Shown here: positions 40,801 through 48,270 of the stretch, piece after piece | Numbering within the stretch: position 1 is the first letter of the stretch | Layout of the letters: every line of letters begins with the position of its first letter | NCBI GenBank assembly: GCA_051294905.1 | Contig: CM119371.1 | Span: 31,436,001 to 31,500,000, forward strand | Reading direction: 5' to 3' | From: Botryllus schlosseri | Taxonomy: Eukaryota | DNA: 64,000 nucleotides | Position numbers and translations under genes: made by a program | Notes under the pieces: generated by a model | What the model was told of the DNA's origin: nothing | What the model saw: the letters and a program-made list of their open reading frames with translations, nothing else | Databases searched by the model: none

Positions 40801-43800
40801 GTAACCAAGTCACAAGGCTCCGAGTCACAAGTCAATCTCAGTTTTATAGTTTTGACTCGAGTCAAGTCGAGTCATTTTCAATTCACCACCGAGTCAAGTC
40901 CGAGTCCAAGTCACCGAGCAGAGGTTCGAGTCCGAGTCATGGTATTATGACTCGAGTCGAGTCCAAGTCATGATGTTGACTTCCCAGTTTACAGTTAAAG
41001 GCTTGTTAAATCTACTTTTTATGACTCTGTTTGGTGATATCGAATGGTTCACATTTATAATATACTAATTTTCGTCATTTTCAGCAGTTTGTGGACGTGT
41101 TTTCAAGTACCAGTAACAATAGACGAAATCCCAATAGTGTGATTACTGTACTATTCCTCGAAATTACAATGAAACGTCGGTCTTGGCCGTCTGAGTCTCT
41201 AGTCATATGACTTGGTTCGAGTCATGCACAATGACTCGAGTCCAAGTCGAGTCAATACACAAATTGACTCGAGTCGAGTCGAGTCATTTCCGTATTTTGA
41301 GAAAATGACTCGAGTCAAGTCGAGTCATCTGAAAAACGTGACTCGAGTCCGACTCGAGTCGAGTCATGACTCGAGTCATTACAACCCTGCTGGCAACGGT
41401 AATTGCGCATGTGTCTCCGTGAATATGTAGGCTGTCATGGATATAATTTTGAACAAATGAGTCTATTCCCCACCAGAAGCCATTGAATTCCCCACCGTTT
41501 GGGAACCACTGCTCTAGAGGGTGACATCGCTTGCATTCACAACAATGACACAGGACATGGAAAAATAGTGACGATATTACGAGGAAACGCCTACCGGCAA
41601 TGGGCTTCTCCGTCGCAAAACAAGGCGTTCATCACACACCCAGATCCATCGAAACAAGCAAAGCTGTCTGTAGGACAATGGGGACCTGGAACGTAAGTCA
41701 CAATGACTTGAGTCTACTCCTATGCTGGTTTTCACGATTTGATCGTTCTATTGCTAACGCCGAACATAGGTATAGGACGTTGTATATTTTGATATTATGT
41801 TTTCGCGGCATTGATATACAGTTTACATTATACCAGGTCACATGATATATGCATACACACACACACACACATACACGATGTGTGCATATGCACACCCTCC
41901 ATGCCATCCTTGTGTTACTGCCAGATTTAGTAATCAGGTATACTGTCTGATCCGGCCGGGGATCGAACCCACGACCCACCTATCAAGACGTCGGACTCTC
42001 TGCCCTTACCCTATCTTGTGAATCTATCGCCTGGGAACTGTGTGGACCAGAGTTGGATCAATTACAATATTTTAATTCAATTACAATTACAATTACTTCC
42101 TTGCATGTTTCAATTACATTACAATTACAATTACTCAATGCTAAAAATATCAAATTACAATTACAATTACTGTTAAACATGTATTTAATTACAATTATAA
42201 TTACAATTACAATTACTTTTAAACAGGTGATTGATTCAGTAAAGAGGTGTGCTTTGAAAACCGTAGCGACGTAATTAGCAACAATCTCAAGCTATTCATG
42301 TTTCATTCCTGATATGTAGAATACCCTTTAAAAAAAAATCGAACATATTCGAACTATTCCTAATCATGAGTATTGAAAACTACATGCACAGAAAATTGTT
42401 TCAAGTGACTGTTAAGAACCAAAGGTTTGAGCGACTAACAGCGAATAGGCTACGACAGTCAATGAAATGTAATCAAACGATTAGGCTACTCAGAGCTGAG
42501 TGAGGATAATGAAATGTAATTGGTAAGGCGTCACCAATAAGGATGATACCGATAAGGTGCGTGAAATGAAAATGAATGCAAAAGGAAAGAATCTCCTGAT
42601 AACTAAGAATTACAATATTTTGGTTCGCATTTATATTTTCACTTGCTCGGAAACTGTTAGATTGCATATGATGAACATTAGGGTGCGAAAAGCTTCTGGC
42701 CCCAGTAAACTTGGCCAATATTGGAGGTAAGATTGGGATAACATCTCTGCAAAAGCGTGATCAAGTTTGATGAAGCCTTAGTTGAAAACTTGAATTTATT
42801 TTGGCTTTTGTTGCGACAAGCCTCGGTACTGGTCAGAGATTTAAAAAAAAACTTTGACCGTGGTGTAGGAAATGGTTCAGCACAGGTTTCAGAAGAGTTT
42901 ATTGGCTGTTCAACCATTTTTTAAATATTAAGATTTAGTTTAGCTCACTGGTTCTCTAACTTTTTTAGACACGCCCCCCTTTATGACAGTGAATATTTCG
43001 TGCCTCTTATCGTCATAGCACACAATGAAACCAAAAAGTTAGCAATCCTTACGTATATTTTCATGGTATGGAAGGTTATGACTGTTGATGAGAGAATTTT
43101 GCAACACGAAATTCAGACTATAGACCGAACAACAGCCATAAAACGGATGTGAATCGGGCCAAGCGCGGAAAAGATTTCAGTTCACCGGAGCGTCGCGCCC
43201 CGTTCAGATGCTTTCACGCCGCCAAGGGGGCACGCCCCTAGTTTGCGAGCCACTGGTTTAGCCTACATTGTTATTCACAAAGTTTTTTGTTGCTACTGAA
43301 GTATGGGAAACAGTTTAGCGTGACTGAATTATCTATAGCTATAACGCAGCAGGCATAAAACAGGCATAAAACATAAATAGGCTAATTATTACATGTGGTG
43401 CCTGTTTACCAAGGCCTTAAGGCACCTCGTCGTCATCCTGGCTCGTACCGGATTTTCACTGGTGCGACGAATAAATGATTGATTAAATGATTATTTTATG
43501 TTGTGATTGTCAGGTTTCCATGAAAATGTAATTGAGATTGTAATTGAGCAAAATTTTGATCAAATTACAATTACAATTACAATTACACGAAATAGAAATA
43601 CTTCAATTACAATTACAATTACATGAAAAAATGTAATTAATGACATTCAGCTCAATTACAAATTACAATTGATCCAACTCTGGTGTGGACTGTGGAGTCG
43701 AAGACAATTTGTAGTCATGGTATGATGTTATAGTGGCGTAAACTTGAGATTGAACGACAGCAAAAATCTTTATCTCATACTTTTACAAAATCCTTCTTTA

Positions 43801-46800
43801 TCTTGTATAAACTGAGTTGTGACTTCGCAAAATCGATTGTCTTTGCGGCATATGATGTCATCTGTGTCGTTTGAAACGCTGCTGTCGTGATATAGCTCGT
43901 CCGAACCGTCTCTGAATCACAGAAAAGAAATAGAAAAAATACTGATACGCCACTCTCGTACATTAATATGACGTAACCAGAATTGTATTGGCGTTGTTTA
44001 ATAGTTATCATGAATCCATATGGATACATTTAAAAAGAGTATTCGGTTGTTGCTACGGCGTAAGACTTTTGTGAATGACAAAGATATTTTTGCCCATTTT
44101 TCGCATTCAGGACCACTGCTGCGTAAGCAGAAAGAACCGCATTTTATATATCAAGGGCATGGCATCGTTGCTTTAATCAAATCGATAGAGACAGAAAGTA
44201 CTTTTGTTTCTCCCGTATGTGGTGCTGCCACAGTATATCAAGGGTCTGCGATTCGTGTTATGATTTGGTTGAAGTACGGTGCATGCCCTTCCTGCCTCAA
44301 TCCTGTTCATGCTTGGAAACGGCAGTGTTTTGATCGCGAGTGGCTGTGTTCTGTGTTCTGTGTTCTGGTTTCGGGTACGGTATCATTATTGAGCTATGGA
44401 GTATTCTTGTGACTCAAGTGGTGACATATCGAATATCAATCGAGACGATGAAAAAAACTTTATCACGACTATGCTTATAGAAAGTCAGTTGGAAATTTTA
44501 AATTCAGCGTACTTGATCAATTCACACATATCGGTGGAGCCAAAAAGGCTTCGCCCGACTTTGATCACGTGACTGGTTGCACATATAGCAACCCGATCGA
44601 TTGGTTAACAAGTTACTCTGTTTTTGCGTCTGTGATTCAGGTAAAGTTATTATTCAGAAACCTAATCCCGGTTTTACGGTTGCAAACGTATCAAAATCTC
44701 GCGACGAAAGTCACTTGAGACTTGACTAAGTTACATGTGTTCTCTAATAGCTACGCATCGCATTACTTCCGGTGCAAACTGTGGATAGGTTTACACGGGT
44801 TATAATGACTCGATTAAAGATTTTCTGAGAGTAAATTTGAGAACTTTACCACAAGCACAAGCTTGTCAGCCAGTTGATATTTGCTGTGAGCAATCACTCA
44901 CTTGGTGAAGTCGTGCAAATTAGACTATTGGACAATATACGCACTGACAGTTCTTTATCCCGTCACAAAAAGAAGACTTCGGCACGCACTGCGATCCGTC
45001 CGCACATGGAAATTCGTTATGTATACACGTCGAACCTGGATAGATATACACAACATTGATGAAAGTCCCACCTGCACTAGATTTTACGCAGTTGCATTAA
45101 ATGCAAGAACGAAATGGATGCAGTATATCGGCAAGGCAGCGTAAACATTTTTCGAACTATTCATTTGTTCGAACGTTTGTGGGTAATTCGATCACACGAG
45201 CACGTGATGTTTTTATATATATGCGTGGCAAGAAAATGAGCCGTGCTATAAGTCGAAATCACAGGAATGTTAACACGTACTCAGCGTGATGTGGAAAGAC
45301 GATATATATGTCACAAAATCATAAATAACAAACAACAACATGCCAACGGGCTCTGGTTATAGCTCATGGGAATTCGCGCATGCAAATACAAGTCACAGAG
45401 CATATTGGCATAGATTGATTCAGGTCTCTTCATCAATTTTTCAAAATCTCCCCGATTTACATTTCTCTCATTCTAATACCAAACCTTGTCAAATGATTCG
45501 TACAGATGGTGAGCGCCCGTACAAACGTACATTAGACCAGGACTCTTCAACCGGGTGTATTGTACACCATGGGGTGTACCAAAATTTTAAAACGGTGTAC
45601 CACTCAGATGGGGTGTACTGGGGTGTAGCAGACGTGCTTTCAAAGGGACCAATGACTAGCTATAACCACAATAAATAGGTCAGTTTCTGCTTTTTAGAAC
45701 ATGTTGACCGGGTTTGGAATATCATACAATGTTCATATCCGCTGTTCGCAGCTTGTAAACTACGTTCCTTTTGTATTGTCACGTAAGCGAATGCTTCTCA
45801 TCATATAAACGCTGGTATTGGACTTATTGGATCCTTTTGGAATGGAACAGGTTGAAGTTGACACGTGTTCATCTTGCGAAATCTGTCTATATACTCTATA
45901 TTGAATCTTGGGGAAACCGCTGCGATAGCTCAGACATTTTGAATTGATGAGTTCTGCGAGATAGTTATAAATAACGGAGTTTACATAATTGCAGAGGGAT
46001 CCATGAGGTCGAGTTTGAAAGCCATTGAGCTCGATGCGGTACGGTAACGTAGAGCCCTGAATAATAGTAAGCATTTCAAATACGTTGCAGCCTTGCTCAT
46101 CCTTATTTCAACAGGCCAGGGGTGGCCAATCTGTAGACGTAAGGTTGCGTGCAGTCGTTGAACAATAATTATGCGTCCCTTCACAAGTAACTAAAATAGA
46201 ATGTGTTGGCGTCTGTCAATATGCAACTTGAATTAACGAATTGGTTCCCAAATCTTTGAAGGGTTTTAATTAAATTCGTAAATTTTATTCACGCTTGGCG
46301 TGATTCAGGGTGACTTTGATTTAACCTTTTTCCTTCTAGAGTGTTAACTGAGCCCCACCGTACAAATGCGAGCTGCAGAGGAAAGTGATGCACCCCATAA
46401 CGAAATACCAAGTCGAAATCGTGTGCGTCTCACGAATGAAAATTTTTGTCGTATGTTTGCGCGATTCCAATATATATTTCGACTATACCAACAATCCTGA
46501 TTGGAGTTCTAAAAATAAAGACATGCAACAAAGTGATTACTAAAACCGGACGATGCATCATCAATAATTTTGAGCCCAAAATTTTCGAAGATACCCCCTC
46601 CACCATCTCCAATGGTTATTTCCATCAAGGGGACGAAGAAAGGATAAATATTTTACAGTAATATATGAAACAACCCATTATCGACGAAACAAATTTTCCT
46701 GTAGCTATGCGCGACTAAAAAGAGTTTCCAGATAACTTTTCCAATAGCATTTACACTCGCGATTTTGGTGCATGTATCGTAAGCATGCAGGGGTGTTCTG

Positions 46801-48270
46801 CTTCTACAGTTAAAAACCTTTATACGCAAGGTATAACTCAAGAAATCAGTGATGGCACAGAACACTACAAGGGTTCTCCGCGGTGCGAAGCTCCCACTAG
46901 CCAATTTAACATGAGTATATGACGTCCAGATTGCCCATGAAGACTTTCCGCGGGAATGCGGAATGAAGTATGTAATGGAAATACGGCGGTAAATAGCAAA
47001 TAGGTTTAACACCCCTGGATTACGCTTGCCATACCGAATCAATGTGGTATGTGGTCTGGGGTGTAGGCTACGAGTCTCGAGTAAACACTGAAGGGGTGTA
47101 CCACGGCAAAAAAGGTTGAAGAGCACTGCATTAGACTGAACTTCAGTATACGATAGCTACTAACCTACATCTTCAGTAGGCCTACATCAAGATATCGTAT
47201 ATCTCACTCAAGCAATAGTGAACATATGATCAGACTCACCATCACAAAGCTCGTCCTCTTGTGCACGCAGCTGAGATGGCAATATGCAGATTCTTGGAGT
47301 GAATGAATCCTTCCTTCTGCGGCATACAGTCGTATTACCGCTATAGTTGGCACTGACAGTCCAATAAGGTTCATCTGATCCATCGCTGTTGAGAAAAATC
47401 ATTTCCATTTTTTCACCACCAAGTGGATCTTATAACATTGTTCAGGGATGTGCAACTCGCGGCCCGCGATCACAAAACTCGTCAAAGTTAATATGTGTGC
47501 ACGCGCCTCACGCTTTTCCTTTAGTTAATCACGATCCTCAGCGCGCCTTTAAGGAACAAGACCATATAATGACCCGGTAAAGTACGACTGAAAAGGCTCT
47601 TACGTAATTGCATGGAAAACTTTCAAAAAGGACAGCCGAAGGATCAAAATCGATCACCGAGGATCAAGGCAGGCGCACTTAGTCGTTTCGTAATCCTGTA
47701 GGCTACATAGTGTGTATCGCCTAGTCTTAAAACGTAAATATTATATAACAGGTCATTTTTGTATTTTTAGGTGTATTGAGATGTCGTACTTCATTGACAT
47801 GTGTCATCGTCATCGTTGGATCGTGGACCTCGCTAATACAGGAATATATATGTGCGGCCCGTGATGTCGCTAGCGTATTTATATCAGAATCACTTGTCAA
47901 ACAAGGAACACAGTGAACACCCATGGTGTAGTTGAATGTCGTGGTAACACTATTCGAAAGTTATTTCCTCACGAATATTGCAATTTGAATGGACACCGCA
48001 TTTGGCAACGCTCACCTGCAATCATTCGAACCATCGCAATATTTCTGCATCGGAATGCACCTTGTCTCGTCCTTGCATTCAAATAAGTTGTCCGGACACG
48101 TCAAACCTGTATCGAAGGTATTGTAATGCTCATCATGATAATAATAAACAAGATTCAATGCAAGTCCAACCTTCACAGCAAGTGATTAATACCATGACTG
48201 CAGTTCCAATGTAAACATGAAACATCCTCCATTTTGTAAGTGACCTTTGGATATTCTGTGCACGTGCCAT
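1710..48270 (-). CDS. Gene 2 (spliced, 3'-incomplete): secreted or membrane protein with nine tandem variant LDLa modules; possibly the N-terminal part of a second LDLa-GPCR
   Basis: Nineteen GT-AG exons join in one open frame (2287 nt, about 762 aa): 48171-48270, 48016-48106, 47240-47385, 44945-45035, 43781-43911, 41595-41685, 37211-37383, 29702-29792, 27496-27641, 25962-26052, 16814-16974, 16407-16497, 13832-13983, 8434-8524, 8226-8365, 4197-4287, 3857-4029, 1971-2061, 1710-1855. Repeated motif C-x4-F-x-C-x-DG-x2-C-x6-CDG-x3-C-x-DGSDE. No stop codon is reached inside the window. Confidence 0.88.
1971..2061 (-). CDS. Gene 2 exon A9
   Basis: 91 nt, GSTCRGDEFPCLDGTICLQNRYFCDSYPQCP. Confidence 0.9.
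3170..3385 (-). mobile_element. tRNA-derived SINE remnant
   Basis: Minus strand tcgcagtggtataatcggcggctgcaacacc...gcgGGTTTGAGTCCgacc (A-box-like and B-box-like). Confidence 0.45.
3857..4029 (-). CDS. Gene 2 exon B8
   Basis: 173 nt, DGSDEPPLRNSSENYGDETTFCRSREQHVIVVGTRYKSHVVCVLPLSHIPHVNTICAG. Confidence 0.9.
4197..4287 (-). CDS. Gene 2 exon A8
   Basis: 91 nt, GSSCSRDQFPCSDGSQCVAGRVYCNRRADCL. Confidence 0.9.
4963..5582. mobile_element. Foldback MITE (hAT-like), about 280-bp inverted arms
   Basis: Termini TAGGGCTGTTCAAAAA / TTTTTGAACAGCCCTA; perfect 8-bp TSD ATGTGCAT; related single arms at ~36273-36545 and ~2403-2600. Confidence 0.92.
5641..6984. mobile_element. Degenerate hAT (Buster/SPIN-like) element or MITE nest
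   Basis: TIRs CAGGGGTGGGCAAACT / AAGTTGCCCGCCCCTG; plus-strand remnant LLVLSGSTYICEKTFSTTK (~6591-6647) resembles the hAT C-terminal GSTYxCExxFS motif. Confidence 0.65.
8226..8365 (-). CDS. Gene 2 exon B7
   Basis: 140 nt, DGSDEPPLKRSNVSYDRDTTFCRGRGESFLCVLPSTLVSQHEILCDG. Confidence 0.9.
8434..8524 (-). CDS. Gene 2 exon A7
   Basis: 91 nt, GVSCKEDEFSCFDGAKCIPISSFCDGKPDCI. Confidence 0.9.
9261..11069 (-). mobile_element. hAT-like transposon with GC-rich transposase remnant
   Basis: Perfect TSD CTTATATA; CAGG/CCTG ends; ORF 9487-9846 LKDFCGTLSTVFPTTAPVEADFFAIGIEKNDYRESLTDFSLEG resembles the hAT C-terminal P-x-T-x-x-x-E-x-x-F motif. Confidence 0.8.
11253..12228 (+). mobile_element. Non-autonomous hAT family 'TAGGGATG' (GTTCAC/GTGAAC-rich), copy 1
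   Basis: TIR TAGGGATGTTGTGAAC / GTTCACACCATCCCTA; perfect TSD ATAATTAT. Confidence 0.9.
13832..13983 (-). CDS. Gene 2 exon B6
   Basis: 152 nt, DGSDEPPLRNFNSSYSRYDTFCRGTRSSGKGRFVCLLPSSREPQSGQLCDG. Confidence 0.9.
16407..16497 (-). CDS. Gene 2 exon A6
   Basis: 91 nt, GSSCKTDEFTCSDGSTCIPNWMFCDGNRDCS. Confidence 0.9.
16814..16974 (-). CDS. Gene 2 exon B5
   Basis: 161 nt, DGSDEPPLRNSSYDYAPNATFCRRRADYYTTAQVRSICVLPPNVMPLQDDLCDG. Confidence 0.9.
17598..20918 (+). mobile_element. 'TAGGGATG' family copy 2, interrupted by nested insertions (~18210-20636)
   Basis: Homology to 11253-12228 over 17598-18208 and 20637-20918. Confidence 0.82.
21034..22930. mobile_element. hAT-type MITE nest
   Basis: TIRs CAGTGGTTCTCAACC / GGTTGAGAACCCCTG; TSD GCCGGAAC/ACCTGAAC; contains GACTCGAGTC-family and CAGGACCGTAAC-family pieces. 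Confidence 0.7.
21682..21705. repeat. (TA)n microsatellite
   Basis: Direct reading. Confidence 0.9.
24394..25832. mobile_element. Non-autonomous hAT element
   Basis: TIR TAGGGTTATGAC / GTCATAACCCTA; perfect TSD ATGGCAAC; inserted into the terminal repeat of an older element. Confidence 0.85.
25962..26052 (-). CDS. Gene 2 exon A5
   Basis: 91 nt, DPTCLKREYPCSDGSACIPRQNFCDGKNDCR. Confidence 0.9.
27496..27641 (-). CDS. Gene 2 exon B4
   Basis: 146 nt, DGSDELYRNHSIARGNNLTACNGRAVFIDLPRNVCMVTPEAAEILRCR. Confidence 0.9.
27717..28680 (+). mobile_element. 'TAGGGATG' family copy 3
   Basis: Full-length homology to copy 1; both TIRs present. Confidence 0.88.
29702..29792 (-). CDS. Gene 2 exon A4
   Basis: 91 nt, GSTCSYGEFSCSDGSQCLPNSMFCDGIVQCN. 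Confidence 0.9.
30931..31112. mobile_element. Short TGCGCA-rich MITE
   Basis: TIR CAGTGTTTCCTC / GAGGAAACAATG; perfect TSD CTGCTAAG; relatives at 18884-19063 and ~20560-20636. Confidence 0.85.
31546..32554 (+). mobile_element. hAT derivative with transposase C-terminal remnant
   Basis: TIR TAGGGCCATTT / AAATGGCCCTA; perfect TSD GTAATTGC; QTSASVERSFS motif in ORF 32171-32356; AAAGTCATA subterminal repeats. Confidence 0.88.
37211..37383 (-). CDS. Gene 2 exon B3
   Basis: 173 nt, DKSDEPPLRYSNISYDPNTKFCRGRGHASLNHFQELLIRWICVLEPSLERYQNSLCFG. Confidence 0.9.
38760..39351 (-). mobile_element. Penelope-like retroelement 3' fragment (GIY-YIG endonuclease remnant and 3' region)
   Basis: FKCHCDSGYVGRTSKRLQGRINQY...GKHLLDNPAYAKNYSDDGFRVL...LIKIH; inverted duplication 39263-39295 / 39319-39351; hammerhead motif downstream. 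Confidence 0.8.
38796..38839 (-). ncRNA. Minimal type I hammerhead ribozyme motif (Penelope-associated)
   Basis: Minus strand reads gctgacgatt-ACCC-CTGACGA-G-tatcagc-C-GAAA-ataa-TC-GGGT: intact core, ACCC/GGGT stem I, UC cleavage site, located downstream of a GIY-YIG remnant. Confidence 0.7.
39719..40493 (+). mobile_element. 'CAGGACCGTAAC' non-autonomous family
   Basis: TIR CAGGACCGTAA / TTACGGTCCTG; near TSD TTCCCCAC/CCCCCCAC; other copies at ~33123-34078, ~21124-22010, ~8683-12366 (interrupted), and in reverse at ~19616-20555 and ~510-830. Confidence 0.85.
40794..41389. mobile_element. MITE with GACTCGAGTC palindromic subterminal arrays
   Basis: TIR CAGGGTTGTAA / TTACAACCCTG; perfect TSD CTGGCAAC; related motifs at ~4780, 8070-8135, 21070 and 22465-22550. 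Confidence 0.9.
41595..41685 (-). CDS. Gene 2 exon A3
   Basis: 91 nt, PHCPTDSFACFDGSGCVMNALFCDGEAHCR. Confidence 0.9.
41850..42010 (-). mobile_element. tRNA-derived SINE remnant
   Basis: Minus strand ggtaagggcagagagtccgacgtcttgataggtgggtcgtgGGTTCGATCCCcggccgg (B-box-like) with a downstream (TG)n tail; no complete cloverleaf. Confidence 0.55.
42048..43682. mobile_element. hAT-type element with (AATTAC)n subterminal repeats
   Basis: TIR CAGAGTTGGATCAATT / AATTGATCCAACTCTG; perfect TSD GTGTGGAC; nested MITE 42946-43255 (TSD GTTTAGCT/GTTTAGCC); short relative at ~1187-1365. Confidence 0.9.
43781..43911 (-). CDS. Gene 2 exon B2
   Basis: 131 nt, DGSDELYHDSSVSNDTDDIICRKDNRFCEVTTQFIQDKEGFCK. Confidence 0.88.
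44945..45035 (-). CDS. Gene 2 exon A2
   Basis: 91 nt, GSTCIHNEFPCADGSQCVPKSSFCDGIKNCQ. Confidence 0.9.
45538..47128. mobile_element. hAT-type element
   Basis: TIR CAGGACTCTTCAACC / GGTTGAAGAGCACTG; perfect TSD CATTAGAC; internal ~46340-47070 is homologous to ~7000-7700. Confidence 0.85.
47240..47385 (-). CDS. Gene 2 exon B1
   Basis: 146 nt, DGSDEPYWTVSANYSGNTTVCRRRKDSFTPRICILPSQLRAQEDELCDG. Confidence 0.9.
48016..48106 (-). CDS. Gene 2 exon A1 (LDLa N-half)
   Basis: 91 nt, GLTCPDNLFECKDETRCIPMQKYCDGSNDCS; cag| and |gtgag. Confidence 0.9.
48171..48270 (-). CDS. Gene 2 first coding exon, signal-peptide-like
   Basis: ATG at 48270; MARAQNIQRSLTKWRMFHVYIGTAVMVLITCCEG (basic N-terminus, then hydrophobic core); phase-1 GT donor. 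Confidence 0.7.

Larger units (their letters stand above)
39654..41511. mobile_element. hAT-type MITE hosting two nested elements
   Basis: CAGTGGCTCCCA / TGGGAACCACTG; TSD CTTTAGAG/CTCTAGAG. Confidence 0.75.

Noticed and set aside
40794..41389. GACTCGAGTC palindrome array as CRISPR-like or regulatory array
   Set aside because: Bounded by TIRs and an 8-bp TSD, so these are MITE subterminal repeats.
41945..42010. tRNA gene
   Set aside because: B-box present but no complete cloverleaf; better explained as a SINE head.
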